From assembly GCA_030141605.1 (NCBI GenBank), contig JAQGDQ010000561.1, positions 1-64,000 of the forward strand: a stretch of 64,000 bases of DNA, given 5' to 3'. The stretch is from Tubiluchus corallicola (Eukaryota > Animalia > Priapulida). Positions 1 to 13,400 of this stretch are shown here, piece by piece; position 1 is the first letter of the stretch, and every line of letters begins with the position of its first letter. The translations under genes were made by a program, and so were the position numbers. The notes under the pieces were generated by a model that made no database searches, was not told the DNA's origin, and worked only from the letters and a program-made list of their open reading frames with translations.

Positions 1-87
1 TAACATAATATATTTTATAATAGTTACATACACAACACAAACAATATTAAACAGTGCAATTGTCTACGTAAACTAATCATTAATTAA

Positions 88-543
88 CCCTTTCAGTCCC
101 AAATTATTTTTAATAAGAAAAATTTTTTAGCTTAGTACTTTTGTTCAGTATGTCCATCTGGTTTCCACATAATAATTATTTTTTTCTACCTGTGCCAGTG
201 TGCTAAATATAGCCTGTATCCCACGGGATACATTGGGATTCAATGGAAGCATAAAATGTGCTTCATTTTGCAACTGCGGATAATTTTTTAAAGTATTTAA
301 CACATTTAGTATGCACGCTATGCTGATCTGTACAAAGTCGTCTCTAAAGTACTGTACCTTGCGCAGTTTTTATGCTATGTAGATTTTCTAGTTTCCCATT
401 TTATCACTATTTTTAGTCCATTGTTATTGGCTTAAATCAAAATAACTATTAACAGATCATATAACTGTCACTTTTAAAATTTTATTAATTCTCAAGGCAG
501 AAAATATTTTCGTGTCCCACGGGATACAACGGGTATGAAAGGG
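88..543 (+). mobile_element. piggyBac-like MITE, copy 1
   Basis: TTAA|CCCTTTCA...TGAAAGGG|TTAA, with internal palindromic GTATCCCACGGGATAC motifs; 3 copies in the window. Confidence 0.9.
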
Positions 544-1243
544 TTAATAACTAACCCATCTAAACGGGGAGTAATGTTCTGGGTTCTCTACGATACAGTA
601 TCTACACATTACCAATGAGTTATTTTGACAAAAGACTTTTATAACATTCGCAGCGATAAAAATGCAGCATAAAGATCTCTTGCACCTCCCCTTCACCCCC
701 CCCCCCGTTACCAATCGATCACCCAAGAACCTCTTATACCGGAAGTGGTTGTCACAATGTCCGCACGTGTCCAGTGTAAAAATAAAGCGCATTTTGTCGG
801 GCGCATTTATTTTCGCTGACTGATCCTTTTCACGATTACCGTTGACTTTTTGACTCACATTAGTCACGCCGCGAGAGAGAACCACCGGTCATTTTTTCCA
901 GCAGCCAACCCCCAGACGTGCTCACCCCCGTGAAATATGTTACTCACGATTCCGAGGTTAATTCTCCCGTGAGTAAGACGGGGCCTGGATCTAACGTTCA
1001 AGGTTACTATTATAGCTTGTGTAATTGTGTATTTTTATTCGGGCATGCATAGCTGATGACAATAATTAGATGGGGCAACGACTCAAAATTGCTCTAATCT
1101 CTTTTTAGCATCATAATAATACCGGCAAAGTCTAGTAAACAAGGACAGTAAGCGTCACGACAAAGACCTACGCACAGGAGAAACACTTACCCTGCTTTGC
1201 TCAAAATAACAAAAATAGCGACACGTTATGAAGGTATAGATAT

Positions 1244-4200
1244 CATTTTGAGAAAACTAGTATCTCTCTCTTAAAAACAATCTTTATCAAAGTATCACCC
1301 ATTTTGAGGAAACTAATATCTCTTTGACAAACAATCTTTATCAAGGTATCACACATTTTGAGAAAACTAGTATCTCTCTTAAAAACAATCTTTATCAAGA
1401 TATCACCCATTTTGAGGAAACTAATATCTCTTTGACAAACAATCTTTATCAAGGTATCACACATTTTGAGAAAACTAGTATCTCTCTTAAAAACAATCTT
1501 TATCAAGATGTCAACCATTTTGAGAAAACTAATATCTCTTTGACAAACAATCTTTATCAAGGTATCACACATTTTGAGAAAACTAGTATCTCTCTTAAAA
1601 ACAATCTTTATCAAGATGTCAACCATTTTGAGAAAACTAATATCTCTTTGACAAACAATCTTTATCAAGGTATCACACATTTTGAGAAAACTAGTATCTC
1701 TCTTAAAAACAATCTTTATCAAGATGTCAACCATTTTGAGAAAACTAATATCTCTTTGACAAACAATCTTTATCAAGGTATCACACATTTTGAGAAAACT
1801 AGTATCTCTCTTAAAAACAATCTTTATCAAGATGTCAACCATTTTGAGAAAACTAATATCTCTTTGACAAACAATCTTTATCAAGGTATCACACATTTTG
1901 AGAAAACTAGTATCTCTCTTAAAAACAATCTTTATCAAGATGTCAACCATTTTGAGAAAACTAATATCTCTTTGACAAACAATCTTTATCAAGGTATCAC
2001 ACATTTTGAGAAAACTAGTATCTCTCTTAAAAACAATCTTTATCAAGATGTCAACCATTTTGAGAAAACTAATATCTCTTTGACAAACAATCTTTATCAA
2101 GGTATCACACATTTTGAGAAAACTAGTATCTCTCTTAAAAACAATCTTTATCAAGATGTCAACCATTTTGAGAAAACTAATATCTCTTTGACAAACAATC
2201 TTTATCAAGGTATCACACATTTTGAGAAAACTAGTATCTCTCTTAAAAACAATCTTTATCAAGATGTCAACCATTTTGAGAAAACTAATATCTCTTTGAC
2301 AAACAATCTTTATCAAGGTATCACACATTTTGAGAAAACTAGTATCTCTCTTAAAAACAATCTTTATCAAGATGTCAACCATTTTGAGAAAACTAGTATC
2401 TCTTTGACAACAATCTTTATCAAGATGTCAACCATTTTGAGAAAATTAGTATCTCTCTTAAAAACAATCTTTATCAAGATGTCAACCATTTTGAGAAAAC
2501 TAGTATCTCTTTGACAAACAATCTTTATCAAGGTATCACCCATTTTGAGAAAACTAGTATCTCTTTGACAAACTATCTTTATCAAGATGTCAACCATTTT
2601 GAGAAAACTAGTATCTCTTTGACAAACTATCTTTATCAAGATGTCAACCATTTTGAGAAAACTAGTATCTCTTTGACAAACAATCTTTATCAAGATGTCA
2701 ACCATTTTGAGAAAACTAGTATCTCTTTGACAAACTATCTTTATCAAGATGTCAACCATTTTGAGAAAACTAGTATCTCTTTGACAAACTATCTTTATCA
2801 AGATGTCAACCATTTTGAGAAAACTAGTATCTCTTTGACAAACTATCTTTATCAAGGTATCACGCATTTTGAGAAAACTAGTATCTCTTTGACAAACTAT
2901 CTTTATCAAGATATCAACCATTTTGAGAAAACTAGTATCTCTTTGACAAACTATCTTTATCAAGGTATCACGCATTTTGAGAAAACTAGTATCTCTTTGA
3001 CAAACAATCTTTATCAAGATGTCAACCATTTTGAGAAAACTAGTATCTCTTTGACAAACTATCTTTATCAAGGTATCAACCATTTTGAGAAAACTAGTAT
3101 CTCTTTGACAAACTATCTTTATCAAGATGTCAACCATTTTGAGAAAACTAGTATCTCTTTGACAAACTATCTTTATCAAGATGTCAACCATTTTGAGAAA
3201 ACTAGTATCTCTTTGACAAACTATCTTTATCAAGATGTCAACCATTTTGAGAAAACTAGTATCTCTTTGACAAACTATCTTTATCAAGGTATCACGCATT
3301 TTGAGAAAACTAGTATCTCTTTGACAAACTATCTTTATCAAGATATCAACCATTTTGAGAAAACTAGTATCTCTTTGACAAACTATCTTTATCAAGATGT
3401 CAACCATTTTGAGAAAACTAGTATCTCTTTGACAAACTATCTTTATCAAGATGTCAACCATTTTGAGAAAACTAGTATCTCTTTGACAAACTATCTTTAT
3501 CAAGATATCAACCATTTTGAGAAAACTAGTATCTCTTTGACAAACTATCTTTATCAAGATGTCAACCATTTTGAAAAACTAGTATCTCTTTGACAAACTA
3601 TCTTTATCAAGATATCAACCATTTGAGAAAACTAGTATCTCTTTGACAAATATCTTTATCAAGATGTCAACCATTTGAGAAAACTAGTATCTCTTTGACA
3701 AACAATCTTTATCAAGATGTCAACCATTTTGAGAAAACTAGTATCTCTTTGACAAACTATCTTTATCAAGATGTCAACCATTTTGAGAAAACTAGTATCT
3801 CTTTGACAAACTATCTTTATCAAGGTATCACGCATTTTGAGAAAACTAGTATCTCTTTGACAAACTATCTTTATCACGATATCAACCATTTTGAGAAAAC
3901 TAGTATCTCTTTGACAAACTATCTTTATCAAGGTATCACGCATTTTGAGAAAACTAGTATCTCTTTGACAAACAATCTTTATCAAGATGTCAACCATTTT
4001 GAGAAAACTAGTATCTCTTTGACAAACTATCTTTATCAAGATGTCAACCATTTTGAGAAAACTAGTATCTCTTTGACAAACTATCTTTATCAAGATGTCA
4101 ACCATTTTGAGAAAACTAGTATCTCTTTGACAAACAATCTTTATCAAGATGTCAACCATTTTGAGAAAACTAGTATCTCTCATAAAAACAATCTTTATCA

Positions 4201-4854
4201 AGATGTCAACCATTTTGAGAAAACTAGTATCTCTTTGACAAACTATCTTTATCAAGGCATCACGCATTTTGAGAAAACTAGTATCTCTTTGACAAACTAT
4301 CTTTATCAAGATATCAACCATTTTGAGAAAACTAGTATCTCTTTGACAAACTATCTTTATCAAGGTATCACGCATTTTGAGAAAACTAGTATCTCTTTGA
4401 CAAACAATCTTTATCAAGATGTCAACCATTTTGAGAAAACTAGTATCTCTTTGACAAACTATCTTTATCAAGATGTCAACCATTTTGAGAAAACTAGTAT
4501 CTCTTTGACAAACTATCTTTATCAAGATGTCAACCATTTTGAGAAAACTAGTATCTCTTTGACAAACAATCTTTATCAAGATGTCAACCATTTTGAGAAA
4601 ACTAGTATCTCTTTGACAAACTATCTTTATCAAGGTATCACGCATTTTGAGAAAACTAGTATCTCTCATAAAAACAATCTTTATCAAGATGTCAAGCATT
4701 TTGAGAAAACTAGTATCTCTTTGACAAACAATCTTTATGAAGATGTCAACCATTTTGAGAAAACTAGTATCTCTTTGACAAACTATCTTTATCAAGATGT
4801 CAACCATTTTGAGAAAACTAGTATCTCTTTGACAAACTATCTTTATCAAGGTAT
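1244..4854. repeat. 54-bp tandem satellite (~67 copies), with a 108-bp dimer in the 5' part
   Basis: Unit aaaactagtatctctttgacaaactatctttatcaagatgtcaaccattttgag; alternating A/B monomers over ~1300-2390. Confidence 0.97.
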
Positions 4855-6570
4855 GCGTACTTGATCCTACCACATTTGACAACACTGGATTATTTTTATT
4901 TACAAATTTATTCACAACTGCAAGCAAAATAAACAACAACATTGATTTCTGCTGTGAAAATGCACAACAACAACAACAACAACAAAAAAAAAACAAAAAT
5001 ATTCTTTCATCATGTTTATTGGTCGTAAATATAGCGTACAGTGCAAAATTTCGTTTTTTCAATAAACAATAGTAAAATTAAATTACTTAGCAAGACTGTA
5101 TTCTGAAAATCCTATTTTTTAATGCTGATGCAAACAATTATTTTTATAATGACTTGTAACAACGAATTTCTCAACACAAACAGTTTTGATGGGGACGTTA
5201 CATGTACAAAGTTCGCATGCTGCTGACACCTACCGGCGACGGAACTAACTGCATATACAAAATTCGCATGCTGCTGACACCTACCGGCAGCAGAACTAAC
5301 TAAAAAACTTAAGAAAAATGCACAAACATGAGAAAAAATTATATCATGCAATAACAAGTGTGGCATATGCTAAACCCTTAACTATTAACCACCGTACAAA
5401 GCAATAAATATTTACAACAACAATGTACTTTAGTTTTCTCATATCCGCTTCAAAATTCATCAACATAAAAAAACAGCCCGTCGCTGATTTAATTAATACA
5501 AATTTACATAAAAAGTGTTAGTTTTAAATCGGGAATGTTTGCAAGCCAAAAATTAAGAAAAATCTTCTTTACGTGAAATCAACTCGCACATAAACGAATT
5601 AAACAAAATTTATTTGAAACGTGCCACTCAACTCATAAATGAGACAAATTCACAAATTGCAAACATCGAGAATGTATCATACTAAAAATAAACATTTTCT
5701 TTACGACAAAAAGAATGAACTACAAAATTAAATGCGAATATACCTGACGACGATAACGATGACGTTACTTAGAAAAGTACGATAGCTCTAACATCATGTT
5801 CACGAATAGAAAACTGCATAATCTAACAATGTTATGTACATAGAAAAGCGTACGCTTTCACAACATTAAGTTCGCGTCAATGTAACCGAAAAATGTCTCG
5901 TAAATTTTGAACAATCTTTGCGCCACGAAAGCTGCAAAGAAAAAATTCACATTCTCTCTACTCTAGTTTGCAAAATGGTAAAATGTAACATACATTTGAA
6001 CTACGTATATCAGATATTTCACGCAAACAACAATGCAGATGTGGACGACCAGCATACTCATTTAATAGAACATTCAGATTTACCTTGAACAATACAAGAC
6101 AAATGGCAACCGATCGCTTAAATAATATCAAACGTTCCTTGCTGCTTGGTTATTGAGTCTTTGACACTTCTAGTAACAAACAGAGTCAATGGATCATGCC
6201 CCAACGTCCCGCCAAGCGCAAACTAAGCAGCAGAATCCTGTCGTTATGCATACCTTTCCTTCTAGCACTATTCCACTTGAGATACGCTATAATGTGTTTT
6301 CTGGTAAACTAAGGAGGGGTTTTTGGTTAGGGCAGCTAGGTTGTATAGAATTATGTCAAATAGGGGTTAGTCTGCAACGAGTCGTCTTCAATCTTGTGAA
6401 AATGTGTTTAAAAATTGCCGCTTTCTTTTATTTAACTTTGATTGGTATTCATGTGAGCAAGTGGCTGTTGCCTTGATGTGATTTTGGCGATGGGAAACTT
6501 GTCTAGCCTTCTGTCGTCATGTAGTCATGTTGTACGAGCCACTTCTGCTGTCATTGTAGCAGTTATTGAT

Positions 6571-6571
<1 letters not shown>

Positions 6572-6644
<73 letters not shown>

Positions 6645-6658
6645 CGTGCGTGCGTGTG
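6572..6658. repeat. (GT)n/(GCGT)n microsatellite, probably in the INCENP 3'UTR
   Basis: Direct reading. Confidence 0.95.
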
Positions 6659-7267
6659 CTCTGTATTATGTGTTATATCTGTAGTTATCACTTTAACATC
6701 TAAGGTTAGACAGATCGGTGTGACTGGGTCCCCGCCGGGAGAGTCTGAAGATGAGTGGGGACCGAATCTTTCCCCGCGACTCACCTGATCACCCCTTTCC
6801 TTTGTTAGTAATTTTGTATGTGCGCCTTTGTAGACTGTATGATTTGCAGTTGTTTGCGTGGCGTTGATGTAATTTGAGTTTAATTTCACCCAGACTATCT
6901 TACAACCACAGCAGCTATGTCTCTTTACATAAAAAATCCCCCACAACGCACCTGTGTAAACCCGACAATACAATAATATTACAATACACCTGTTGCTTTA
7001 ACAGTAATATTCACAGTAAGAATAATTTGAGAGTAATGATCATACTTACACTTATTAATTAATAATAAAATACAGAGTCAGAATTTACGGTTCACCCATA
7101 TTCAAATGTCTGTCATTAGAGCCTCACAAAGGACAAGAAATAGTCACTCATGTAATAGCTTGTGATGTCATTAACAGCTTGAGGCTTAGTCGTTTCTCCC
7201 TACCTAAAATATTCAGTTTACACCTATAAAGTAAAAACAGTAAGCAGTGTTCACACTTTTAAAGCGT

Positions 7268-7485
7268 TCACATCGTCTGCGCCAAGCTTGCATTCAGAAA
7301 CGAGTAGTCGGCGCCAGGCTTCTGTATCGGCGATTGCCAGTGCGCGGAGCTGCTGCGATGATGAAATCGCCTCCGATGGATCGCGAACATGTCCACCAGT
7401 TCCGGGATCCTGATGGTGTCGAAGATTTCGTCCAAGTTTGGCGGGTTGTAGTGTTGCTGAAGCAGGGCGACTTTCAGCTGCTGAT
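7268..7485 (-). CDS. INCENP: INCENP coding exon 17 (IN-box C-half, stop)
   Basis: [55 protein letters not shown]. Not present in the ORF track. Confidence 0.95.
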
Positions 7486-10400
7486 CTGCAACGAGAAAGT
7501 TAAAAATCGTTTACGAGTCACGATAAAAAAACATTGTGAAAACAAAAACATTATCCAAAACTTCTTTCCTTCGAGCAAGAAAATCGATAAAGGTTTGCAG
7601 ATTTAAAAACAAGTTCAGGAAAGAAATAGCTAGGAACGAAGATGACAAAAATACAACAGAAGCAGACAAACTGAAAACTAGACAAATTATTTTGAAAATC
7701 ATCCCAAAATACTATTGCAGACATACGCAGGGATGAGAATGACAAATTGTAAAAAACTCTGAGACAGGCCGGGGGTTTGGGGGCCACCAAGAACCCCAAT
7801 GAAGTTCAAGGGGAGCCTCCTTGGAGCCAGCAACAAATTGCAATTTTGTGACCATAGAGAACCTCTAAGTGGACTTAAAATATCAATTACCTTGTTTCAT
7901 GCATAATTTAAAATACCAAACTATCAAGGATACATGATACATAATTGTCTCACAAATGCCTAAGTACTGGCCGCTCCTATGTAAAAATATATAAAAACTG
8001 TCTGCAATTGAATCAAATAACTCCGCACAATTGATTCTATATTTTTATACGTAGAGATATACACGTGGTTACACTGATGTACGTGATGTAAACAAAGTGA
8101 CGGCCTGCCATCTAGCGGTCAGTTTGTGAAATAATGTACTGGGTCCGTACAAATTCTCAATGAATTTACGCGATTTACAAAAATGGCACTACTGGTCTTC
8201 CAAAAACTCGGAATTCCACGTATCCGCGGAAAATTCTCATCCCTGCACGGCCCCCGTCACATCTATGTAACATCTACACAAAAAGGCATTCTGTAAAGAG
8301 CAAAACATCCTACCATGAGCCCAAGGCGGAATATCCTTCCTCGGATCTTCCTCGTCATCTGTGGAATCTTCGGAATTGATATCGTGGATGTTGTAGTTAT
8401 TGAACACTTGCGGCAGCTTCGGGTTGGCACGTTGTGGTGTCATGTCATACCTATTGGCAATAAAATGCATTAGCGTTCACCCTACAATAACTAGTGTTAA
8501 TTATTGCAGTCAGACGTGTCGATTACAGTAAGTCTTTGCTTAACGACGCTAATGCGTTCCGGCAAAATGCGACGTTAAGCGAAATGGCGTTAAACGAAGC
8601 CAAGACTTCCATAGAAAGTAATGTAAAAGAATTGAGATACGTTCCAGAGGCAAAAATTGTATAAATTAAAGGCTTTACGGTTTTACTCATGTTTCTACTG
8701 ATTAATTTCTTTCTGCTTGCATTGAAACCATCTATATATCTTACTTACCTAGCTAGCGGTTTTTCTTTCACTTAAGTCTAGGCAGCAGTTAAACAATAAA
8801 CGATGCAGCCGAGCAAAAACCAAGCCCTGGGTGACCTTGGGAATTCTACCTAGATACCTAATCTGGTTGTTGTAATGACAGGGTGCAGCAAACATTCCTT
8901 CTTACAAAAGTGCGATTTTAGAAAAAAATAATAATGCAATATGAACTGTTTTAATGCATCAAATTAAGTAAAAAAATTTGCTGATAAAATCAAAATTGAC
9001 CTTGAGCCAAGCAAAAAAATTGTCGTTAAAAAGAAACGGCGAGTCATTAAGAGAAAAAAGACGTCAAATTTTCCACGTCGTTAAAACGAACCGTCGCTAA
9101 ATGGGGTGTGGTTAAACGAGGACTGTATGAAACTGTGGAATAAAAAAGCTAAAACACAGTAACTTCAACAGAGCAAATCTTTTGGTCTAGTCCGTAAAGC
9201 TGGCTTATTTACTGACTAGTGTGAGCATGAAATTTCACAATTATTTGTTTTCATCCTAATGATGCTGGGACTTATTTACTGACTAGTGTGAGCATGAAAT
9301 TTCACATTTGTTTTCATCCTAGCAATGCTGGGGCTTATTTACTGACTAGTGTGAGCATGAAATTTCACATTTGTTTTCATCCTAGCAATGCTGGGGCTTA
9401 TTTACTGACTAGTGTGAGCATGAAATTTCACATTTGTTTTCATCCTAGCAATGCTGGGGCTTATTTACTGACTAGTGTGAGCATGAAATTTCACAATTAT
9501 TTGTTTTCATCCTAACGATGCTGGGGCTTATTTACTGACCAGTGTGGGCACTCAAAACGTTCTAGTGTTTTGACCAGAACTGAATTTACTTCATCGGCAA
9601 GGTAATTGGAATTTAACCGTTTCGTACGAATCCTCTGCAAATTAATTTAAGAGACTTATTTTGAACAAAAATCACGAACCAAAATATTTTTCTCGTGTGA
9701 CTGCAATATAGAGAAGAGTTTGCAATATAAAAACATCAACTCCGTTTTTATTCGACAACAAAAACCTAAAATTATTTCGAAAAGTTTTTTCTCATCAGTA
9801 AATGGCAGGTGTTACTCACGAATCCGGGTTTCGCTTTTTCGTTTTTTGCTGCGTCTTTCCGCCGCTGTTGTTCTCCTGAGTAGCGTTGAAAGTTGCGTTC
9901 TTTGCCACCGAGTGATTGTGCATCTGCAGCACCTTGGCGGCAGCGGCTTGTTTCTGTTTCGCGTTTTCCTCCTTGCTGGCCAGCTCGCGTAGTCGTCGCA
10001 GCTCCTGTCACGGGAAGCACAAATGTGTCAGTACAACTGGGATACAAAATCAGAAAACGAGGAAAGCAATCTTGGATGCAGAGAACTTTTATGTTTTTAA
10101 TGCCATCAGACTGAAAAGTTTTTTTTTAATTTTATTTCTTATCTAAAGGTTAAGTCTTGAAGTTTGGTTAAAGGAAGACCGGACGATTGTTTAGATTCAA
10201 TCTCATTTTAATGACTATAAAGCAGGGGTGTGCAAATTGCGGCCCGCGAAGAGATTTGTCAACCTAATGAAAGTGCGGCCCAGGCGATTAATTGAGTGTA
10301 TCCAGCTGAAGTCCGTGCCACGATCCCAAAGATAGTGCGGGTAGTTTTTTTCTACTAGATCGGATGCCATTAACCCTTACAAGACGGTTGTAGCTTAATA

Positions 10401-13400
10401 ACACTGTACTACACAGACTGTGTGATACACATTACTAATATGCATTGTATTGAAATTACCACTATCTGTCCTGAAAGTAGAAATATATGCTTTGTAATAT
10501 AAATTTTAATAACTTCTAAAATAGTTTCTTGAGTGTAGTAATAATGATGTGCTCAAATCGGATGCAAAAAAATCCTTATTAGACCTTTCTGTACTTAGCT
10601 CCTTGATCAAACTGCCTGTGGACCACAGGAATTGCGGGAAAGTTTAATGTGGCCCGGCTAGTGAGATAATTTGCACACCTATGCTATAAACTAACTGAGA
10701 CATAACTATCACTAAGTTTATTACTACTGTCTTGTATTTCTTAATTTATGAGACTTAGATTTAAAGAAAAACTGGACGATTGTTTAGACTCAAACTCATT
10801 TTAATGACTATAAACAAACTATGACTTAACTAAGACGCTGTATACATAAAACATGTAAATTTAAACTCCCGCGATGTCCGTTAGACGCAGCCATTTCGAC
10901 GACAGGTCATTTGAAACAAGTTTAGATAATATTGCGTAAAGTTTGAAAAAAATAATCAGAGCATTCTTAGTGCACACGTCACTAACTAAACAAAATTTTA
11001 AATTACTGTATCTTGTCAATAAGATTAAAAATACATTTTTGGTTAGTGAGTGGTGCACCCTGGTTAGTGAGTGGTGCACCCTGGTGGCGAAAAACATTTT
11101 AAACAATTAATAATTATCTTCTTTAGTTACATAAGTCCTTTAAACGAAGTAAACGAAATGCTAAGTAATATAACTTTGCATGGAAAGTTTTATGGGACAG
11201 TTTAACATTTCCTTTTCTTCCCCTGATTTATTGTCTGTGTAGGTGACGTCATGTAATGGCGCCGTCGGAACAGCATTGCGGGAGATTTAAAATGGAAACA
11301 AACTAAAATTCCTTTCAACGTGAGTACGATATACGCATAAAATTGCTATAAAGTAATAACAATTTTTAATGCGATTTTTCTGAAACCTACATCAGGTACC
11401 CGTTTTTTTATCCTTTAAGTAACTGCTGTGCACAGACAAGTGGGAAAAACCAGTATATGCCCCGTACCAAACAGTAACTGTTTTTCTGGGAGGAAGTCGC
11501 TGAAGAGGCTTTTATAAAAACCTATCCTGGAAAGACCAGTTTGGGAAGAACTCAAGAACCACACATTTGGGATGATTTTGCTTTGGGTTTTTTCTGCTGC
11601 CAAGCCCCGATCTTCGTCATGAAGAGCCATCTGCTGGATTCAAACATCACTTCAATGTGTTTTTTCACGGCCTGTAGCAACCAACATTTGTGCGGTTGCT
11701 AAGTGTTTTGTAGAAACACAACAAAAAACAATGGCTGACTTTAACAGCAATTTTCTCAAGATTATGTTTTTCAGTGCGTAGCCTGCACCTCAACTTCAAT
11801 GTGGATTATCTCAGCTTAGAAATAACATAGAGTGATGAACTTGGTATCAAAATGATCCTCATCAAATGGAGATTCAGGATATGCAAATAACTAGAAAGGT
11901 TAATTGTCGACTTATGGACGATTTTGCTTTGCAAACAAAGAAATAAATCAACATGATTTCTCGAAAAAAAAACAGTTGAAAATAAGTACGAGATTACACT
12001 TAACCATTATGATGTACAGAACTCCAGTAGACAAAAATATCAGAAACACATCAAACCTGTTCCTTTTCTTTTTCTAGCTGTTTTTTGGCCAACCTCTCCT
12101 TCTCCTTTTGCCGCTCTACCTCTTCTTGCAGACGTGCTTGTCTCTCCTTTTCCAGCTGTTTGTCCCTGTAATAATAAACAGATTGTTAAATTTTGCCACG
12201 TGGAATTCGTCACCAAAGAGCGAAAAACAGAAACCCGCTTCTCAAAATCCGGCACTTTTCGAAAGCAGTCTTGTTTTTAACGTACCTTACTTTGTGTAAA
12301 CTACAATTATTGGTATTTTTACTGTATACTCTGGTAACTATGGTAACTATTCGCATCTTCCACCATACAACACAAAGATAAAGGAAAGCAAAAGTATTTT
12401 TCCTGTTGCTTTAATATGTCTCTTTTTTGAAATGTGAAGAATCGATTTTAAACATTTTGACCTTGGTCACAATCACAGAGGAAACAAGTTTTTTTGCAAC
12501 ATTGAGGCTAATTCCGAAAGTGACAGGACACTTTTCGAGGATGCCCATTGACAGAGCTTTAGTAGAAAACCGACTCGGTACAATCTTGGATATGTGAACA
12601 CAGGGTTACTACGCCCATGCTATAATGACACCTGAACAGACTAACTTGTCCATTTTTCATAGTGAATTTTAAAGGAAGACCGAACGATTTTTAATATACT
12701 ACCCCATTTTCAAATACTATACATTTTAACACTATTAATACAGTAAAGCATTTCTGATAATTAAATAATAGATTAAAAACTTAGTCCAACTATTGATGAC
12801 ATCACAAACTAACATAATTTTTAACAGCAAAAACATTCCACGAGCGTGTTGCACGACTTTGTGAAAGCGAAAATTGAAGTACAGTGCTACTATAAGATAT
12901 CCATCGTGTTGTACTAAAACTAGGCAGGTTTTAAGATAAAAATTCAAATTTTAAATTTACAGCTGTGCTCACGCATGAGCTGTCGAACGTGTGCAGTTCG
13001 TCACAAACAAATACATCTGAACTGAGAGGTACAGCACCTGTTTTTTGTGCAATACATTTCCGAAATGCATCTAACAATGCATTTTCGCAAGCACGTAACA
13101 GCGAAAAACCTGGGGCCAAATGTGAAATTTGTCGTTGTACGGTAATAATTCTTTCACGTAAGTCATTTTTGAAAAAACAATAAGTTTGCGTTCAATATTT
13201 GAAAGAGTAGATTGTTTTGACTTACAGTTTCAGATTGGGTCCAGTTTTGCTTTAAGAGTTGATGCAAAAACAAAATGCTTAGGTTGTTTTGCTGGTTTAG
13301 ATGAAGCAAAAATTCTAACCTAGCCACTATCAAGCCAGCCCAACTCAGTGCCGGTCCCAAGCCTGGATAAATAGGGAGGGAGGTAAAAACTGTGCCAAAA

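Noticed and set aside
1243-5062. 360-467 aa ORFs on both strands
   Set aside because: Translations of the 54-bp satellite (18 codons per unit), broken by indels at ~2410 and ~3575-3680.
7247-7606. + strand ORFs overlapping INCENP exons (also 27644, 38887, 39268, 42057)
   Set aside because: Antisense shadows of GC-rich coding exons.
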